In this document: piece after piece, positions 49,934 to 62,617 of the stretch
Layout: each line of letters starts with the position of its first letter
Position numbering within the stretch: the first letter of the stretch is position 1
Program-made: the position numbers and the translations under genes
NCBI GenBank assembly: GCA_050740695.1
Contig: JBOIDR010000002.1
Span: 3,307 to 67,306 of the forward strand
Reading direction: 5' to 3'
DNA from: Gammaproteobacteria bacterium
GTDB taxonomy: Bacteria > Pseudomonadota > Gammaproteobacteria > JACCXJ01
DNA: 64,000 nt
The notes under the pieces: model-generated
Seen by the model: only the letters and a program-made list of their open reading frames with translations
Told to the model about the DNA's origin: nothing
Database searches by the model: none

Positions 49934-50228
49934 TTAGCGATCCTGGACTCGCAACAGCCAATAGCCCGGACGACGCGAGTGATGCGCGAGCGCGAAGACA
50001 ATGATGCCGTCTCTGGCTGGCCGATATACAACCGCAAACGGGAAAGTCTTTGAGAAAGACGCGTCGAGTATTCTTGGAGGCAGGTCGAGCGGGAAGTGCT
50101 TCTGTGAAACGCGAGCCAAGACCGGGCTGCTTCTTGTTGTAGTAAATAACTTCGGCAAGAAACTCACGGCGTGCTACCGCTACGAACCGGGGGCCTGTTT
50201 CAACGGGACAAGCGCCTAGCTTCGGCAA
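49934..50228 (-). pseudogene. ParE/RelE-family toxin gene with a one-nucleotide frameshift.
   Basis: In frame A, ...REFLAEVIYYNKKQPGLGSRFTEAL...TRRVFLKDFP matches the ParE N-terminal half. In frame B, FPFAVVYRPARDGIIVFALAHHSRRPGYW matches the C-terminal half. Confidence 0.55.
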
Positions 50229-50330
50229 AGACGTCTTCTGCGGCGTAGGTTTTCGTTTCGCCCCGATCAAACGCCGCAACGCGATCTTCGATCTGTCGGG
50301 CCCACTCCGCCTCAATGTCAGAAAGCGGTG
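50201..50330 (-). pseudogene. Addiction-module antitoxin (putative addiction module component family) C-terminal half. There is no in-frame start, and the upstream part is occupied by the gyrA 3' end.
   Basis: LSDIEAEWARQIEDRVAAFDRGETKTYAAEDVFAEARRLSR matches the C-terminal consensus of this antitoxin family. A stop lies in frame immediately upstream. Confidence 0.45.
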
Positions 50331-50376
50331 GGCGTAACCGGGGTTGGGTGAGATCGCAGCCGAGCGGTCCGCCCGC

Positions 50377-52917
<2,541 letters not shown>

Positions 52918-53158
52918 TCAATTAGAGGCTCTGCAGGAGGCCGGAGGTGGCGGTATTTTAGCATGGCACTGCATTTCTCACCGGCATCGTGCTGCGACGC
53001 CGCGGCGCGCAGGTCGCCGTAGGCGGTGCGCCGGGTATGCTCAGAGTCTGACCTATTTGTCAAGCTGCGACCCGCCTGGGGGGATTTTAACATGTCATAC
53101 CTACACCTGCTGTCCTGCCCTGGTCTCAGGGCTTCGCGGCTGCGCCGATATACCGCGT

Positions 53159-53350
53159 ATGTTTGGCGACGACGAGACCTATTACACCTGCGTGGCGAAG
53201 GAGATCGACAGCGACCAGGACCGACCGGGGCTCCGGGCCAAAGCCCTGGCCGAGACCGACTATGAAGAGCGGCGGGCCCGGGCGCGTTACCTCAAGCTGC
53301 GGGTCAAGGTGACGAAGGCCGAGGTCTCGTGCCGACGGCATGTTAACTGA
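53159..53350 (+). CDS. Small hypothetical protein (63 aa).
   Basis: MFGDDETYYTCVAKEIDSDQDRPGLRAKALAETDYEERRARARYLKLRVKV. A compact ORF with a plausible start. No assigned family. Confidence 0.3.
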   Translation: MFGDDETYYTCVAKEIDSDQDRPGLRAKALAETDYEERRARARYLKLRVKVTKAEVSCRRHVN

Positions 53351-53403
53351 GGTCTTAGTCTGGAGACCCAGAACGCGCCAGTCATTGTATTCGCGGAGGT
53401 ATT

Positions 53404-53787
53404 ATGAAAAGCCGATATCAAGGAAAGCGATTCATCGATAAAGTCAATTTCCCCCACGGGTTTAATAGGGGTGCCTTTTCAATACCGCACGCAACTATGC
53501 TTGAGGAGTACGGGGCTCACTGCGTGGCATTGATGCACGTCGAGATCGAGCCGGAAACAGAAGGAGAGCGTCATTTCGTAGCGGTGTGCGCGAGAACGAA
53601 TGAACCGCGTTCTGAATTGGAACATGTGTGGCTACAGTATCTGAAACTGGTCGAGAACAGCCAAAAGCTGACATCCATATTTCTTGGTAAAGGGGGTGGG
53701 TTTACTGTCGCCGCCGAAGTAGGAACCGAGACCATCAGTTTTTCGACGATTATTTATCGAGAAGAATGGGCAAAGCGCCATAAATAG
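53404..53787 (+). CDS. Hypothetical protein (127 aa) in an AT-rich island.
   Basis: ORF with GC about 48% against a 67% background. No motif recognised. Confidence 0.4.
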   Translation: MKSRYQGKRFIDKVNFPHGFNRGAFSIPHATMLEEYGAHCVALMHVEIEPETEGERHFVAVCARTNEPRSELEHVWLQYLKLVENSQKLTSIFLGKGGGFTVAAEVGTETISFSTIIYREEWAKRHK

Positions 53788-54120
53788 GGGCCTAACACGC
53801 AGGCAAGGGGTCAGCTTGAACCTTCCCCGAAAACGCCCGGATGGACCACGGATGGCTCGTAGAAGCAATCCGAGCTTACCGGTTGCAGCGTTGGCACCGT
53901 GGACGGCGGAGATACCGAGGTCGGTGTAGTAAGCGCAGGGTGCGCTGTGCGCACGCGGAATGGCCGAGTATGCCTCTGAGTGGTTACCGTGAACCCAACG
54001 CTCGATCCGCGTGCGCACCGCAAACCACGCGGTGCACACCCTACGACTGCTATTCCCACGGGGAAACCAGGGTAGGGGCCACGGCAGGTACGCACGGGCC
54101 TCTACCCTCCACTTTTACCA

Positions 54121-54563
54121 TGGATGAGGGTAACCATCTGAGAGATGAGACACATCGAGACGTAGCAGTAGAAGCGTATCGGGCCTATGCAAGTGGGAAG
54201 CTTCCAGTAACGACTTTGAATCTTCGCGGTCCGATCAGTCCTAGGATTCTTGCGCAAGGTCAACGCGCCATGAGGAATCCATCATTTGCGTCACTCTTAA
54301 CTCCAACCGAACCGCATGGTATACTCTACATTGGTGGGCATACATCCGGTAAAGATACCATGCGTTTCATGAAGATGATCAATGCGTGCAGGCGAGCAGA
54401 GGATACATACATTCGCAAGAGATATGCAGAGAACGATAAGTGGCACGCTCACAAGGTCGCTAATATGTTGACGACAGGCCTTCTTCGAACAGGATTCTCA
54501 ATAAGGGATTGGTGGATATTGTCGATGGAGGGCAAATATATGGCGAGTTTGAGTTGCTGGTAG
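54121..54563 (+). CDS. Hypothetical protein. The ORF could begin at 53841. It may continue by frameshift into 54509..54823.
   Basis: AT-rich ORF. The 3' end overlaps the next ORF in another frame, consistent with one gene carrying a frameshift. Confidence 0.3.
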
Positions 54564-54823
54564 GGTACCAAGAAACATTTCACCGTTTGCCTCCTTGGAA
54601 CTCCAAGCGGGATGCAGATTCAGCTTACATCCGTTCGCTCAACGTGACTAAAGACCAATTTGCTATTGGAACAAGAACTTGTCACACAGAGTGGCTCGCG
54701 GATGCTTGTCCAGGGCTAACCGCTCTCACGGGCCAAGTTCTGGGTGGTGGGATCGAGCACGGCGAGAGGCTGTCAGTTTTAGTTAATGCTTCTGCAATCT
54801 CGAAGGCGCTTTGTGTTCGCTAA
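54509..54823 (+). CDS. Hypothetical protein, or the 3' part of the preceding gene.
   Basis: ORF in the AT-rich island. No motif. Confidence 0.25.
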   Translation: MVDIVDGGQIYGEFELLVGYQETFHRLPPWNSKRDADSAYIRSLNVTKDQFAIGTRTCHTEWLADACPGLTALTGQVLGGGIEHGERLSVLVNASAISKALCVR

Positions 54824-55025
54824 CAGGCATGCCACCTATCACGGTTTGGTAGCGATTGGTCCTTTTGAGCGGGGCCCAGATACCCTGCCCTATTCCATCC
54901 CTCCCATTGCGAGCATTGGCTGGCCTTTGCCCAAGGTTATACCAGAAGGCCGTCGTGTAATCCTCTCTTGCGAACTGCCCGGTGCGCACCCGCATGCTAT
55001 CGTGGCGTTAGAGCAGGGTACTCGA

Positions 55026-55244
55026 TTAAGCGGCAACGGTTTGTACCTCCGATGGGAGCTTGTTCAGGATCAGTTGCTGAAGCTGGACCTTTTTGCTCGC
55101 GTTGTCGATGTCAATGCCAACAAGGTTTCCGTTGGCGTCATAGTCCACCACAACGCCTTCAGAGATTTCTCGGCTTTCGACACTCGGCTGTTCGGAGAGG
55201 TCAATATATAAGGAATCCGTGTCGGCGTAGTAATTCAGTTTCAT
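55026..55244 (-). CDS. DUF2283-family small protein.
   Basis: MKLNYYADTDSLYIDLSEQPSVESREISEGVVVDYDANGNLVGIDIDNASK is the DUF2283 pattern. Confidence 0.65.
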   Translation of the reverse strand: MKLNYYADTDSLYIDLSEQPSVESREISEGVVVDYDANGNLVGIDIDNASKKVQLQQLILNKLPSEVQTVAA

Positions 55245-55483
55245 GGCTTGAAACCTCGGTCCAAGAAAGCATTATGGATCGTCACCTTATCCTCCAACGT
55301 GACGACCCGCAAGTAGCGGCCGCCGAGATCCGGGCAAGCGGCCCAGAATCTATATCGGTTGTGTTCCTGGGGTTCCGAACGAACCGGTTCATCAACGACT
55401 CGAATGCACCATTCCTTCTTGAGATATGGGCGCTTCCGGAGTACCTTATTCTCGAAGTACTCAGTGAACTGATAGGCGGTCAC
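55241..55483 (-). CDS. DUF4258-family small protein.
   Basis: MTAYQFTEYFENKVLRKRPYLKKEWCIRVVDEP...GRYLRVV fits DUF4258. It overlaps the DUF2283 gene start by 4 nt. Confidence 0.65.
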   Translation of the reverse strand: MTAYQFTEYFENKVLRKRPYLKKEWCIRVVDEPVRSEPQEHNRYRFWAACPDLGGRYLRVVTLEDKVTIHNAFLDRGFKP

Positions 55484-56039
55484 GTTTTAACGGGATACCC
55501 GAGACGGCCTCAAGTCGTAGTCGAGCAAGCGCAGGCGCGCTGTGCGCACCACAAGCTGGATGTTTCCATACGATGAGCCCAATGCGTGGTCCGCCTGCGC
55601 ACAGCAAAACCACAAACGACGCGGTTGCTTGTATGCACGGAAACTCCGAATGAGATATCACACGAGCGCTCCTATCTGAAAAGGTGTGGAGATGCTTAGG
55701 CACCCGAAGGACGAGGCTCAAGGACATCGGGCAGCTACCGGTATGCCTCTGGTCCACTCGACCATTCGTTCCATCATTCCCCATTCCAGGCCTAAGGGGG
55801 CAAAGCTGGGCGAACGCCCTTTTTGAACCGGCGTCCTCCAATAAAGGAAGCCATTGAAGGACGGCTGTCTATGTCCTTCTGTATTAGTTCCTTCATGGCG
55901 AGAAGGCGTTCCAACTCTATGACGATGGTTGGCGGGTAGCGAAGTAAGAGTAAATACTCAGCTTAGCGCCCCCGGCCTGGTTGGACAGATGCGTGCGGAT
56001 CAGGCACTAGCACCGTCCTCGCAGGCGGCTGGGTTCTAT

Positions 56040-56531
56040 TTAAGCTAGAAAAACTCTGTACGGGTGATAAGTTCCATCTTTATCGCGCACGAAAAACTCC
56101 CCGCCGTTGTCTAGCTCTTTAACAACATCTTCTAATAGCCGTAAAGAGACACGGAAAACCTCGGTTCGAGTGCTTGGTTCCACTCGCTGCCTAAGTTTCT
56201 CAAGCCTTGCTGCCATACTCTTACCTAGCAGGATGTGAATTCGTTCATCCGCCTGAACATGTTCCGTGCTCTTCGTCATCCTCGTGTAAGCTCCTTCTCC
56301 CTCATCTGTGTGTTCGTTAGCTCGCTCAACCAATGCAGACATATATAACCCCCGTTGATGTGTGGGGGTGAGCGACGTGATACTGTGCCCGACCCGAGAA
56401 CATACACCCTGCGTACCCCGTGTACGCAGGGCGTCGCGTCCATGATTTATTGTAAAAGCGCCTGCACGCGGTCCCAAAGCTCCCAAACCGCAAGTACCGT
56501 TCCCGTCGCGGTCCCAGCTGCGATCGCCCAC
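56040..56531 (-). CDS. Hypothetical protein with an N-terminal ribbon-helix-helix (CopG-like) region. Start uncertain (probably MSALVERANEH).
   Basis: RIHILLGKSMAARLEKLRQRVEPSTRTEVFRVSLRLLEDVV has an RHH-like pattern. AT-rich. Confidence 0.35.
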   Translation of the reverse strand: MGDRSWDRDGNGTCGLGALGPRAGAFTINHGRDALRTRGTQGVCSRVGHSITSLTPTHQRGLYMSALVERANEHTDEGEGAYTRMTKSTEHVQADERIHILLGKSMAARLEKLRQRVEPSTRTEVFRVSLRLLEDVVKELDNGGEFFVRDKDGTYHPYRVFLA

Positions 56532-57138
56532 GTTCTTAAAGTCCAGCTTAGCCCCTTAGGGGCGTCAGGCCGGACCAATATCTCAACAACCACCTGGCCC
56601 TCCTCGACGCGCACTATCTTCTTGCGTCGAAGCCATACTAGAAACATCATATAGATGCCTCCTATCAACTAAGGCACACCCGACCCCGACACAGCAGAGC
56701 GGGGAAAGCTACTCGGGGGCCATTGGCGGGGACTATCCCGCTCCGCTTTCGTGTGAGTTCATGGTGTCTCCTCGAAGTTGATTGGAATTATGCTACGACG
56801 TCCTTTGTGGAGGTGGTTACCCGCCGCCTCTTTCATAAGCCATTGAGTTCATGATATTTTCTCCTGTCAAAGGTTGATGCACCATTGGTTGGTGCGGACG
56901 CGTGGATACGTGATCCACACATGTAGTCTAGCACGCCCTTGGGCCATGTCAACCCCCCCAGGGGGCCTCTTTATGCCCATGGAGTGCTATGGTTAGAGCG
57001 CGATTGGACCATGAGGGTCGACGGAAGGTTCCGGCGCGTGTGCTGTGACGGCTTCAGGAAGCAGCAAAGAAATCAAGCCGTGCGGCCGCCAGACCAGCGC
57101 TTGGTGGCCTCGCGACCGGCAGTGGTGAGAAATCGGGG

Positions 57139-58575
57139 CTACAGCGCCTCCGACGCGAAGTCAGCAAGCCGTGAACGCTCGCCGCGCAAGAGGATCACGT
57201 GGCCGCTGTACTCCCACTCTTTGAAACGGTCCACCGCGTAGGTCAGGCCCGAGGTGGTCTCGCTCAGGTAAGGCGTGTCGATCTGGGCGAGGTTGCCGAG
57301 GCAGACGATCTTGGTGCCGGGGCCGGCGCGGGTGATGAGGGTTTTCATCTGCTTCGCGGTCAGGTTCTGGGCCTCGTCGATGATCACGTAGCGGTTCAGG
57401 AAGGTGCGGCCGCGCATGAAGTTGAGCGAGCGGATCTTGATGCGCTTCTGTAACAGATCGGTGGTGGCGGTGCGCCCCCAGTCTCCGCCGACATCGGTCT
57501 GCGTGAGGACCTCCAGGTTGTCGGGCAAGGCCCCCATCCAGGGCGTCATCTTCTCCTCCTCGGTGCCCGGGAGGAAACCGATGTCCTCGCCCACCGGCAC
57601 CGTGATGCGGGTCATGACGATCTCGCGATAACGCTGCATCTCCATGGTCTGCGCGAGGCCCGCGGCGAGGGCCAGCAAGGTCTTGCCGGTCCCGGCCGTG
57701 CCGAGCACGGTCACGAAATCGACACTAGGGTCCATGAGCAGGTTCAAGGCGTAGCTCTGCTCGCGGTTGCGGGCGGTGATGCCCCAGACGGCGTTGCGGG
57801 CCGCCCGGTGATCTACGACCTTCTGGAGCGTGGTGCGCTCGCCCTGCCCGCGCCGGACGATGACCTCGAAGTCCTCCTTGCCGGGCTGGTAGAGGAATTC
57901 GTTCGGGTACCAGCGCGCTACCTGCGGCCCCTGCACGTCATAGAAGGTATGACCGTGCTCCTGCCAGCAGCGCATGTCCTCGCCATGATCCTCCCAGAAA
58001 TCGGGGGGGAGCTCGTGGGTGCCGGCATAGAGCAGGCGGGCGTCGTCGATGACCCGGTCGCTGTAGTAGTCCTCGGCCGGGACGCCCAGGACACGCGCCT
58101 TGATGCGCAGGTTGATGTCCTTGGAGACCAGGATGACGGTGCGCTCGGGACGGAGCGGCCCGAGGGCGATGGCCACGGCCAGGATGATGTGATCCGGCTT
58201 GTTGCCGGGCACGGGCGCGGGCAGGTCCACGCTGAGCTGTTCGGTCTGCAGGAACAGGCGTCCGCCCCGCGGCCCCGGAGGAGCAATCGATCCCCCGGGG
58301 AGGTCGCCGTTGCGAGCGCTCGTCGGCTGCGGGAGCGGCAGCCCCTCTTCGATGGCCCGGCGATCGGCGTCGCCGATCAGCTCATCCAGGAAGCGGCTGA
58401 CCTGGCGGGCGTTGCGGGCCAGCTCCGAGGCGCCCTTCTTGGCCGCGTCCATCTCCTCCAGGACCACCATGGGCACGTACAGATCGTGCTCCTCGAAGCG
58501 GAACAACGCCGTCGGATCGTGCAGCAACACATTGGTGTCGAGCACGAACAGCCGCAGACCAGACTCGGTGACCAC
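57139..58575 (-). CDS. PIN-domain/PhoH-like ATPase (PhoH2 type).
   Basis: N-terminal PIN (LFVLDTNVLLHD). C-terminal P-loop (VLGTAGTGKTLLALAAGL) and the PhoH signature. Confidence 0.8.
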   Translation of the reverse strand: MVTESGLRLFVLDTNVLLHDPTALFRFEEHDLYVPMVVLEEMDAAKKGASELARNARQVSRFLDELIGDADRRAIEEGLPLPQPTSARNGDLPGGSIAPPGPRGGRLFLQTEQLSVDLPAPVPGNKPDHIILAVAIALGPLRPERTVILVSKDINLRIKARVLGVPAEDYYSDRVIDDARLLYAGTHELPPDFWEDHGEDMRCWQEHGHTFYDVQGPQVARWYPNEFLYQPGKEDFEVIVRRGQGERTTLQKVVDHRAARNAVWGITARNREQSYALNLLMDPSVDFVTVLGTAGTGKTLLALAAGLAQTMEMQRYREIVMTRITVPVGEDIGFLPGTEEEKMTPWMGALPDNLEVLTQTDVGGDWGRTATTDLLQKRIKIRSLNFMRGRTFLNRYVIIDEAQNLTAKQMKTLITRAGPGTKIVCLGNLAQIDTPYLSETTSGLTYAVDRFKEWEYSGHVILLRGERSRLADFASEAL

Positions 58576-58608
58576 CGAGGCGTGCTCTGCAGGTGGGAGC
58601 CGCGCTCC

Positions 58609-59076
58609 CTAAAGGGCCTGGAGCGCCAGCAACACCTCGGCGACGTGGCCTTCCACCTTGACCTTGCGCCATTCCCGGCGCAACACACCGTCGCCATCGA
58701 TGAGGAAGGTGCTGCGTTCTATCCCCATCACCTTCCTGCCGTATAGGTTCTTTTCCTTGAGGACATCGTACCGGCGGCACAGGGCCTCGTCCTCGTCCGA
58801 CAGGAGATCGAAAGCCAGGCACTCCGCGCCCTTGAAACGCTCGTGGGAGGAGAGCCCGTCGCGCGATACGCCGAGCACCACGGCATGGGCGCGCGCGAAC
58901 GCCGGTAATTGATCGCGGAAGTCCCGGCTTTCGATGGTGCAGCCCGGGGTGCTGTCCTTAGGGTAGAAATACAGGACCACGGCCTGGCCCCGGAGCGCGG
59001 ACAGCCGGATCGATTTCCCGCTGGTCGCGGGCAGCTCGAAGTCGGGCACCGGCTGGCCGAGTGCGGGCGGGCTCAT
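58609..59076 (-). CDS. bcp: Thioredoxin-dependent peroxiredoxin Bcp.
   Basis: PDFELPATSGKSIRLSALRGQAVVLYFYPKDSTPGCTIE matches the Bcp family, including the peroxidatic Cys. Confidence 0.8.
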   Translation of the reverse strand: MSPPALGQPVPDFELPATSGKSIRLSALRGQAVVLYFYPKDSTPGCTIESRDFRDQLPAFARAHAVVLGVSRDGLSSHERFKGAECLAFDLLSDEDEALCRRYDVLKEKNLYGRKVMGIERSTFLIDGDGVLRREWRKVKVEGHVAEVLLALQAL

Positions 59077-59089
59077 ATCGGCTTCCCTA

Positions 59090-59617
59090 TCACTTGACGG
59101 GTTCCATGACCGCATCCAGGTTGAGCTGGTCGCAGAGATCCATGAACTCGCCGCGCAAGGTGGCGATGGAGGTGTTGGTCGGGACGCTGATGGTCACGTG
59201 CAGGGAGAACATGGGGGTCCCGGTATGGGCGGCCGCGTAGCTACCGGTGTAAAGCTCTTCGATGTTGATGTCCCGCGCCGAGAAGAACTGCGCGATGTCG
59301 TGGACGATGCCCGGCCGGTCGCTTGCCACCACCTCTACCGCGTAGGGCATGAGGTTGGCGACCTTCTCGCGGACCTCGGTGCGCCGTGAGATGAGCGTGA
59401 GGTCCAGGCTGTCCTCGAGGCGCGGGATCATGCTCTCGATCTTGGCGATCGCATCCCAGGTGCCGGCGAGCAGCAGGATCACGGCGAACTCGCCGCCAAG
59501 GACCGCCATGCGGCTGTCGAGGATGTTGCAGCCGCAGTCCTTGACGGCCTTGGATAATTGGTGCACGAGCCCTGGGCGGTTGTTGCCGAGGGCAGAGATG
59601 ACGAAGTGATTCTGCAT
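59090..59617 (-). CDS. gcvR: Glycine cleavage system transcriptional repressor GcvR-like protein (tandem ACT domains).
   Basis: Two ACT-like halves (HFVISALGNNRPGLVHQLS... and AVEVVASDRPGIVHDIAQF...). Confidence 0.7.
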   Translation of the reverse strand: MQNHFVISALGNNRPGLVHQLSKAVKDCGCNILDSRMAVLGGEFAVILLLAGTWDAIAKIESMIPRLEDSLDLTLISRRTEVREKVANLMPYAVEVVASDRPGIVHDIAQFFSARDINIEELYTGSYAAAHTGTPMFSLHVTISVPTNTSIATLRGEFMDLCDQLNLDAVMEPVK

Positions 59618-60055
59618 CCGGGGTCGGGCGCGCGCCGGGGGAGAAGGCGAACGGGAAGTATACCTGAAATCGTGCCGGGATCGGCCAAGCGTGGGGCGCG
59701 CCGGGCACGGCAGATTCGTCTCCCGTCTCCGCCTCAAGCACGGGTGGCGCAGGAGTTTCTCGTCATACGCAGGTAGTCGAGGACCAAGCGTATGTTTCTG
59801 TTCAGTTTGCGCATCGTCTGCGCGACGCTGGATCCGCCTTTGGACTTTATGACCCCGATGGCGAAGCGTTCAAGACGGTCTTCTCGGGCGCCGTACAACG
59901 GCAGCCCTTTCCTACCTCATCCAGGGTCGGATCTCCAGGATCCGCTATATGTCCCTAACCTCCTTGACGTTCCTGGACAGGACACAGTCGCCCTGTGGGG
60001 GTCCTATAGAGAGCAATCACTTGACAGATACCTTGCATTCGCATATGGTCGCGCG

Positions 60056-60334
60056 ATGCAGACCACCCTCCGCATCGACGACCAGCTCTACCGCGAGGCC
60101 AAGGCCGAAGCGGCCCGCGCCGGTGTCACCATCACCGGCTTCATAGAGGAGGCCCTGCGGCTCCGCCTGCGCCACAAGGCCGCGGGCGCGCGGGCCGTAC
60201 CGGTCGAGTTGCCCACCGTCGCAGCCGGCAAGGGCTTCCCTTTCGGTCCGGAGGACCTGAAGGTGCTCGCGCGCGAGGCGGATCGGGAGGCCGACGGGTT
60301 GAAGCTTCGCAGGCCCCGCGTACGGCGTCGCTAG
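60056..60334 (+). CDS. vapB: VapB-type antitoxin (ribbon-helix-helix).
   Basis: MQTTLRIDDQLYREAKAEAARAGVTITGFIEEALRLRL. Its stop lies 6 nt before the vapC start. Confidence 0.65.
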   Translation: MQTTLRIDDQLYREAKAEAARAGVTITGFIEEALRLRLRHKAAGARAVPVELPTVAAGKGFPFGPEDLKVLAREADREADGLKLRRPRVRRR

Positions 60335-60340
60335 CGCCCA

Positions 60341-60781
60341 ATGCACCTGCTGGATGCGAACGTCCTCATCTACGCGTTTCGGCGCGACAGCCCGTACCAC
60401 GGCCCCTGCTACGCGTGGCTCACCTCGGCCCTTTTACAGGAGTCTCCCGTCGCGACCACCTCCGTGGTCGATCTGGCGCTCCTCCGGATCGTCACCCTGC
60501 CGTCTCTTGGCAAGGCAGCGGCGGCTGTGGCTGATGTCTTTCGATTCCTGGCAGCGCTCGAGGCTCAGCCGGCAGTGGTCCGGATCGAGCCCACAGATCG
60601 GCATCTGCCACTCTTCGCGAAGCTTTGCGTCGATCTCAAACTGCGCGGCAACGATATCAACGATGCTTATCTCGCGGCGCTCGCGCTCGAACATGATGCC
60701 GTCTTTGTCACCGCGGATCGGGGGTTCGCGCGGTTCTCAGGACTGAGGATCCTCGATCCTCTGGCGGGCGAGGGGGGCTGA
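60341..60781 (+). CDS. vapC: VapC PIN-domain toxin.
   Basis: MHLLDANVLIYAFRRDSPYH...NDAYLAALALEHDAVFVTADRGFARF carries the PIN acidic residues. Confidence 0.8.
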   Translation: MHLLDANVLIYAFRRDSPYHGPCYAWLTSALLQESPVATTSVVDLALLRIVTLPSLGKAAAAVADVFRFLAALEAQPAVVRIEPTDRHLPLFAKLCVDLKLRGNDINDAYLAALALEHDAVFVTADRGFARFSGLRILDPLAGEGG

Positions 60782-60926
60782 GCGCGCCGGCTCGATCACC
60801 GCACGGCGCCCGCGCGCGTGTTATCGTGCACGCTCGGTCCACGACCGTCGTGGTCGTTCGCGGGGGACCGCAAGGACTAAGACGCTGAGCATTCGACTGT
60901 TTCGATCCACGGCCACGGTCGGGGGC

Positions 60927-62432
60927 ATGACACTCGTCTCGCGCGTGTTCGGCTTTGTGCGTGACATGGTCATGGCGCACATGCTCGGCGCGGGCTTGAG
61001 CGCCGATGCCTTTTTCGTCGCCTTCCGCATCCCCAACCTCCTGCGCCGCTTCTTCGCCGAAGGGGCTTTCTCCCAGGCCTTCGTGCCGGTGCTGTCCGAC
61101 TACAAGAATCGCCAGAGCCGGGCCGAGACCGAATGTTTCATCGACCGCGCCGCCGGCGCGCTGGCCGGCGCCGTGGGTGTGATCACGGTGTGCGGAATCG
61201 TCGCGGCGCCTTTGATCATATTCGTGTTCGCGCCCGGGTTTCTGGCGGCCGAGAGCAAGTACGAGCTGACTGTGTCGCTGCTCCGCGTGACGTTCCCTTA
61301 TATCTGGTTCATCTCGCTCGCCGCCTTCGCCGCCGCGATCCTGCAGTGTCACGGGCGCTTCGCCGTGCCGGCCTTCACACCGACGTTCTTGAACCTGAGC
61401 CTCATCGTGGCGGCGTTGTGGATGACCGGGTATTTCCAGGAGCCGGTGATGGCCCTGGCCTGGGGGGTGTTCGCCGGCGGCATCGCGCAGCTCCTGTTTC
61501 AATTGCCGTTCGTCTTTCGGCTGGGCTTTTTCCCGGTTCCCCGGATCCGCACCGGTGACCCCGGCGTCCGGCGCATGCTGGCACTCATGGGGCCGTCGAT
61601 ATTCGGGGTCTCGGTGGCCCAGATCAACACCTTGATCGACACCCTCATGGCCTCCTTCCTGGCCACCGGGAGCGTTTCGTGGCTATATTACTCGGAACGG
61701 CTGGTGGAGTTCCCGCTCGGGGTCTTCGGCATCGCGCTCGCGACCGTGATCCTGCCGCAGCTCTCGGACCACCACAGCACCGGCTCGCGCGAGACCTTTT
61801 CGCGCACTCTGGACTGGGCCCTGCGCTGCGTGTTGGCGATCGGCGCACCGGCCGCGGTCGGGCTCGCGGTCCTGGCCGGACCCATGCTGTGCGCCCTGTT
61901 CCAGTACGGAGAGTTCGGGGCGCACGACGTGGCGATGGCGGAGAAGAGCCTCACGGCCTATGCGCTCGGGCTTTTGGCCTTCATTCTCATCAAGATCCTG
62001 GCCCCGGGGTATTACGCTCGGCACGACACCAAGACCCCGGTGCGAGCCGGCCTCGTGGCGATGCTGTTGCACTTAGCCCTGAATATAGCCCTAATCGTGC
62101 CGTTGGCTCACGCCGGCCTGGCGCTCGGCACCTCGCTCGCGGCCTATGTGAACGCCGCGCTCCTGTACCGCGGACTGCGCCGGCAAGGGGCCTATTCCCC
62201 GGTGGCGGGCTGGGGGGCGTTCCTGACCCAGGTGTTCGGTGCCACCGCGATCATGGCCGCTTTTCTTGTCATGACCTGCCCGCCCCTCGGGCAGTGGCTC
62301 GCCTGGGGTATGGCGGACAGGGCCTTGCGGCTCGCGGGCCTGATAGGCGGCGGTGCCCTGCTGTATGGGGCCGCGCTGTGGGCCCTGGGGCTGCGCTGGA
62401 AAAATATGATGATGTCGCGGGCCTCCACATGA
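60927..62432 (+). CDS. murJ: Lipid II flippase MurJ (MviN). The true start is probably a non-ATG codon slightly upstream.
   Basis: LVSRVFGFVRDMVMAHMLGAGLSADAFFVAFRIPNLLRRFFAEGAFSQAFVP is a MurJ hallmark. 14 TM helices. Confidence 0.85.
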   Translation: MTLVSRVFGFVRDMVMAHMLGAGLSADAFFVAFRIPNLLRRFFAEGAFSQAFVPVLSDYKNRQSRAETECFIDRAAGALAGAVGVITVCGIVAAPLIIFVFAPGFLAAESKYELTVSLLRVTFPYIWFISLAAFAAAILQCHGRFAVPAFTPTFLNLSLIVAALWMTGYFQEPVMALAWGVFAGGIAQLLFQLPFVFRLGFFPVPRIRTGDPGVRRMLALMGPSIFGVSVAQINTLIDTLMASFLATGSVSWLYYSERLVEFPLGVFGIALATVILPQLSDHHSTGSRETFSRTLDWALRCVLAIGAPAAVGLAVLAGPMLCALFQYGEFGAHDVAMAEKSLTAYALGLLAFILIKILAPGYYARHDTKTPVRAGLVAMLLHLALNIALIVPLAHAGLALGTSLAAYVNAALLYRGLRRQGAYSPVAGWGAFLTQVFGATAIMAAFLVMTCPPLGQWLAWGMADRALRLAGLIGGGALLYGAALWALGLRWKNMMMSRAST

Positions 62433-62617
62433 TTCGGGCCATAGGATTCACCATATCATTCGGGCCGTATCATTCAGCAACGCTATAGACCGTCATACCT
62501 GCGAAAGCAGGTATCCAGGACTTATACCGGTTTCCTGGATGCCAACTTCCGCTGGCATGACGGTGGTTCTGCCACCTGAATGCGTAAACGTCTTATGAAA
62601 CATACTACTAGATAGTC

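Noticed and set aside
52955-52975. Possible sigma-54 promoter TGGCAC-N5-TTCTC
   Set aside because: The -12 element does not match TTGCW and no obvious regulated gene lies downstream. Probably chance.
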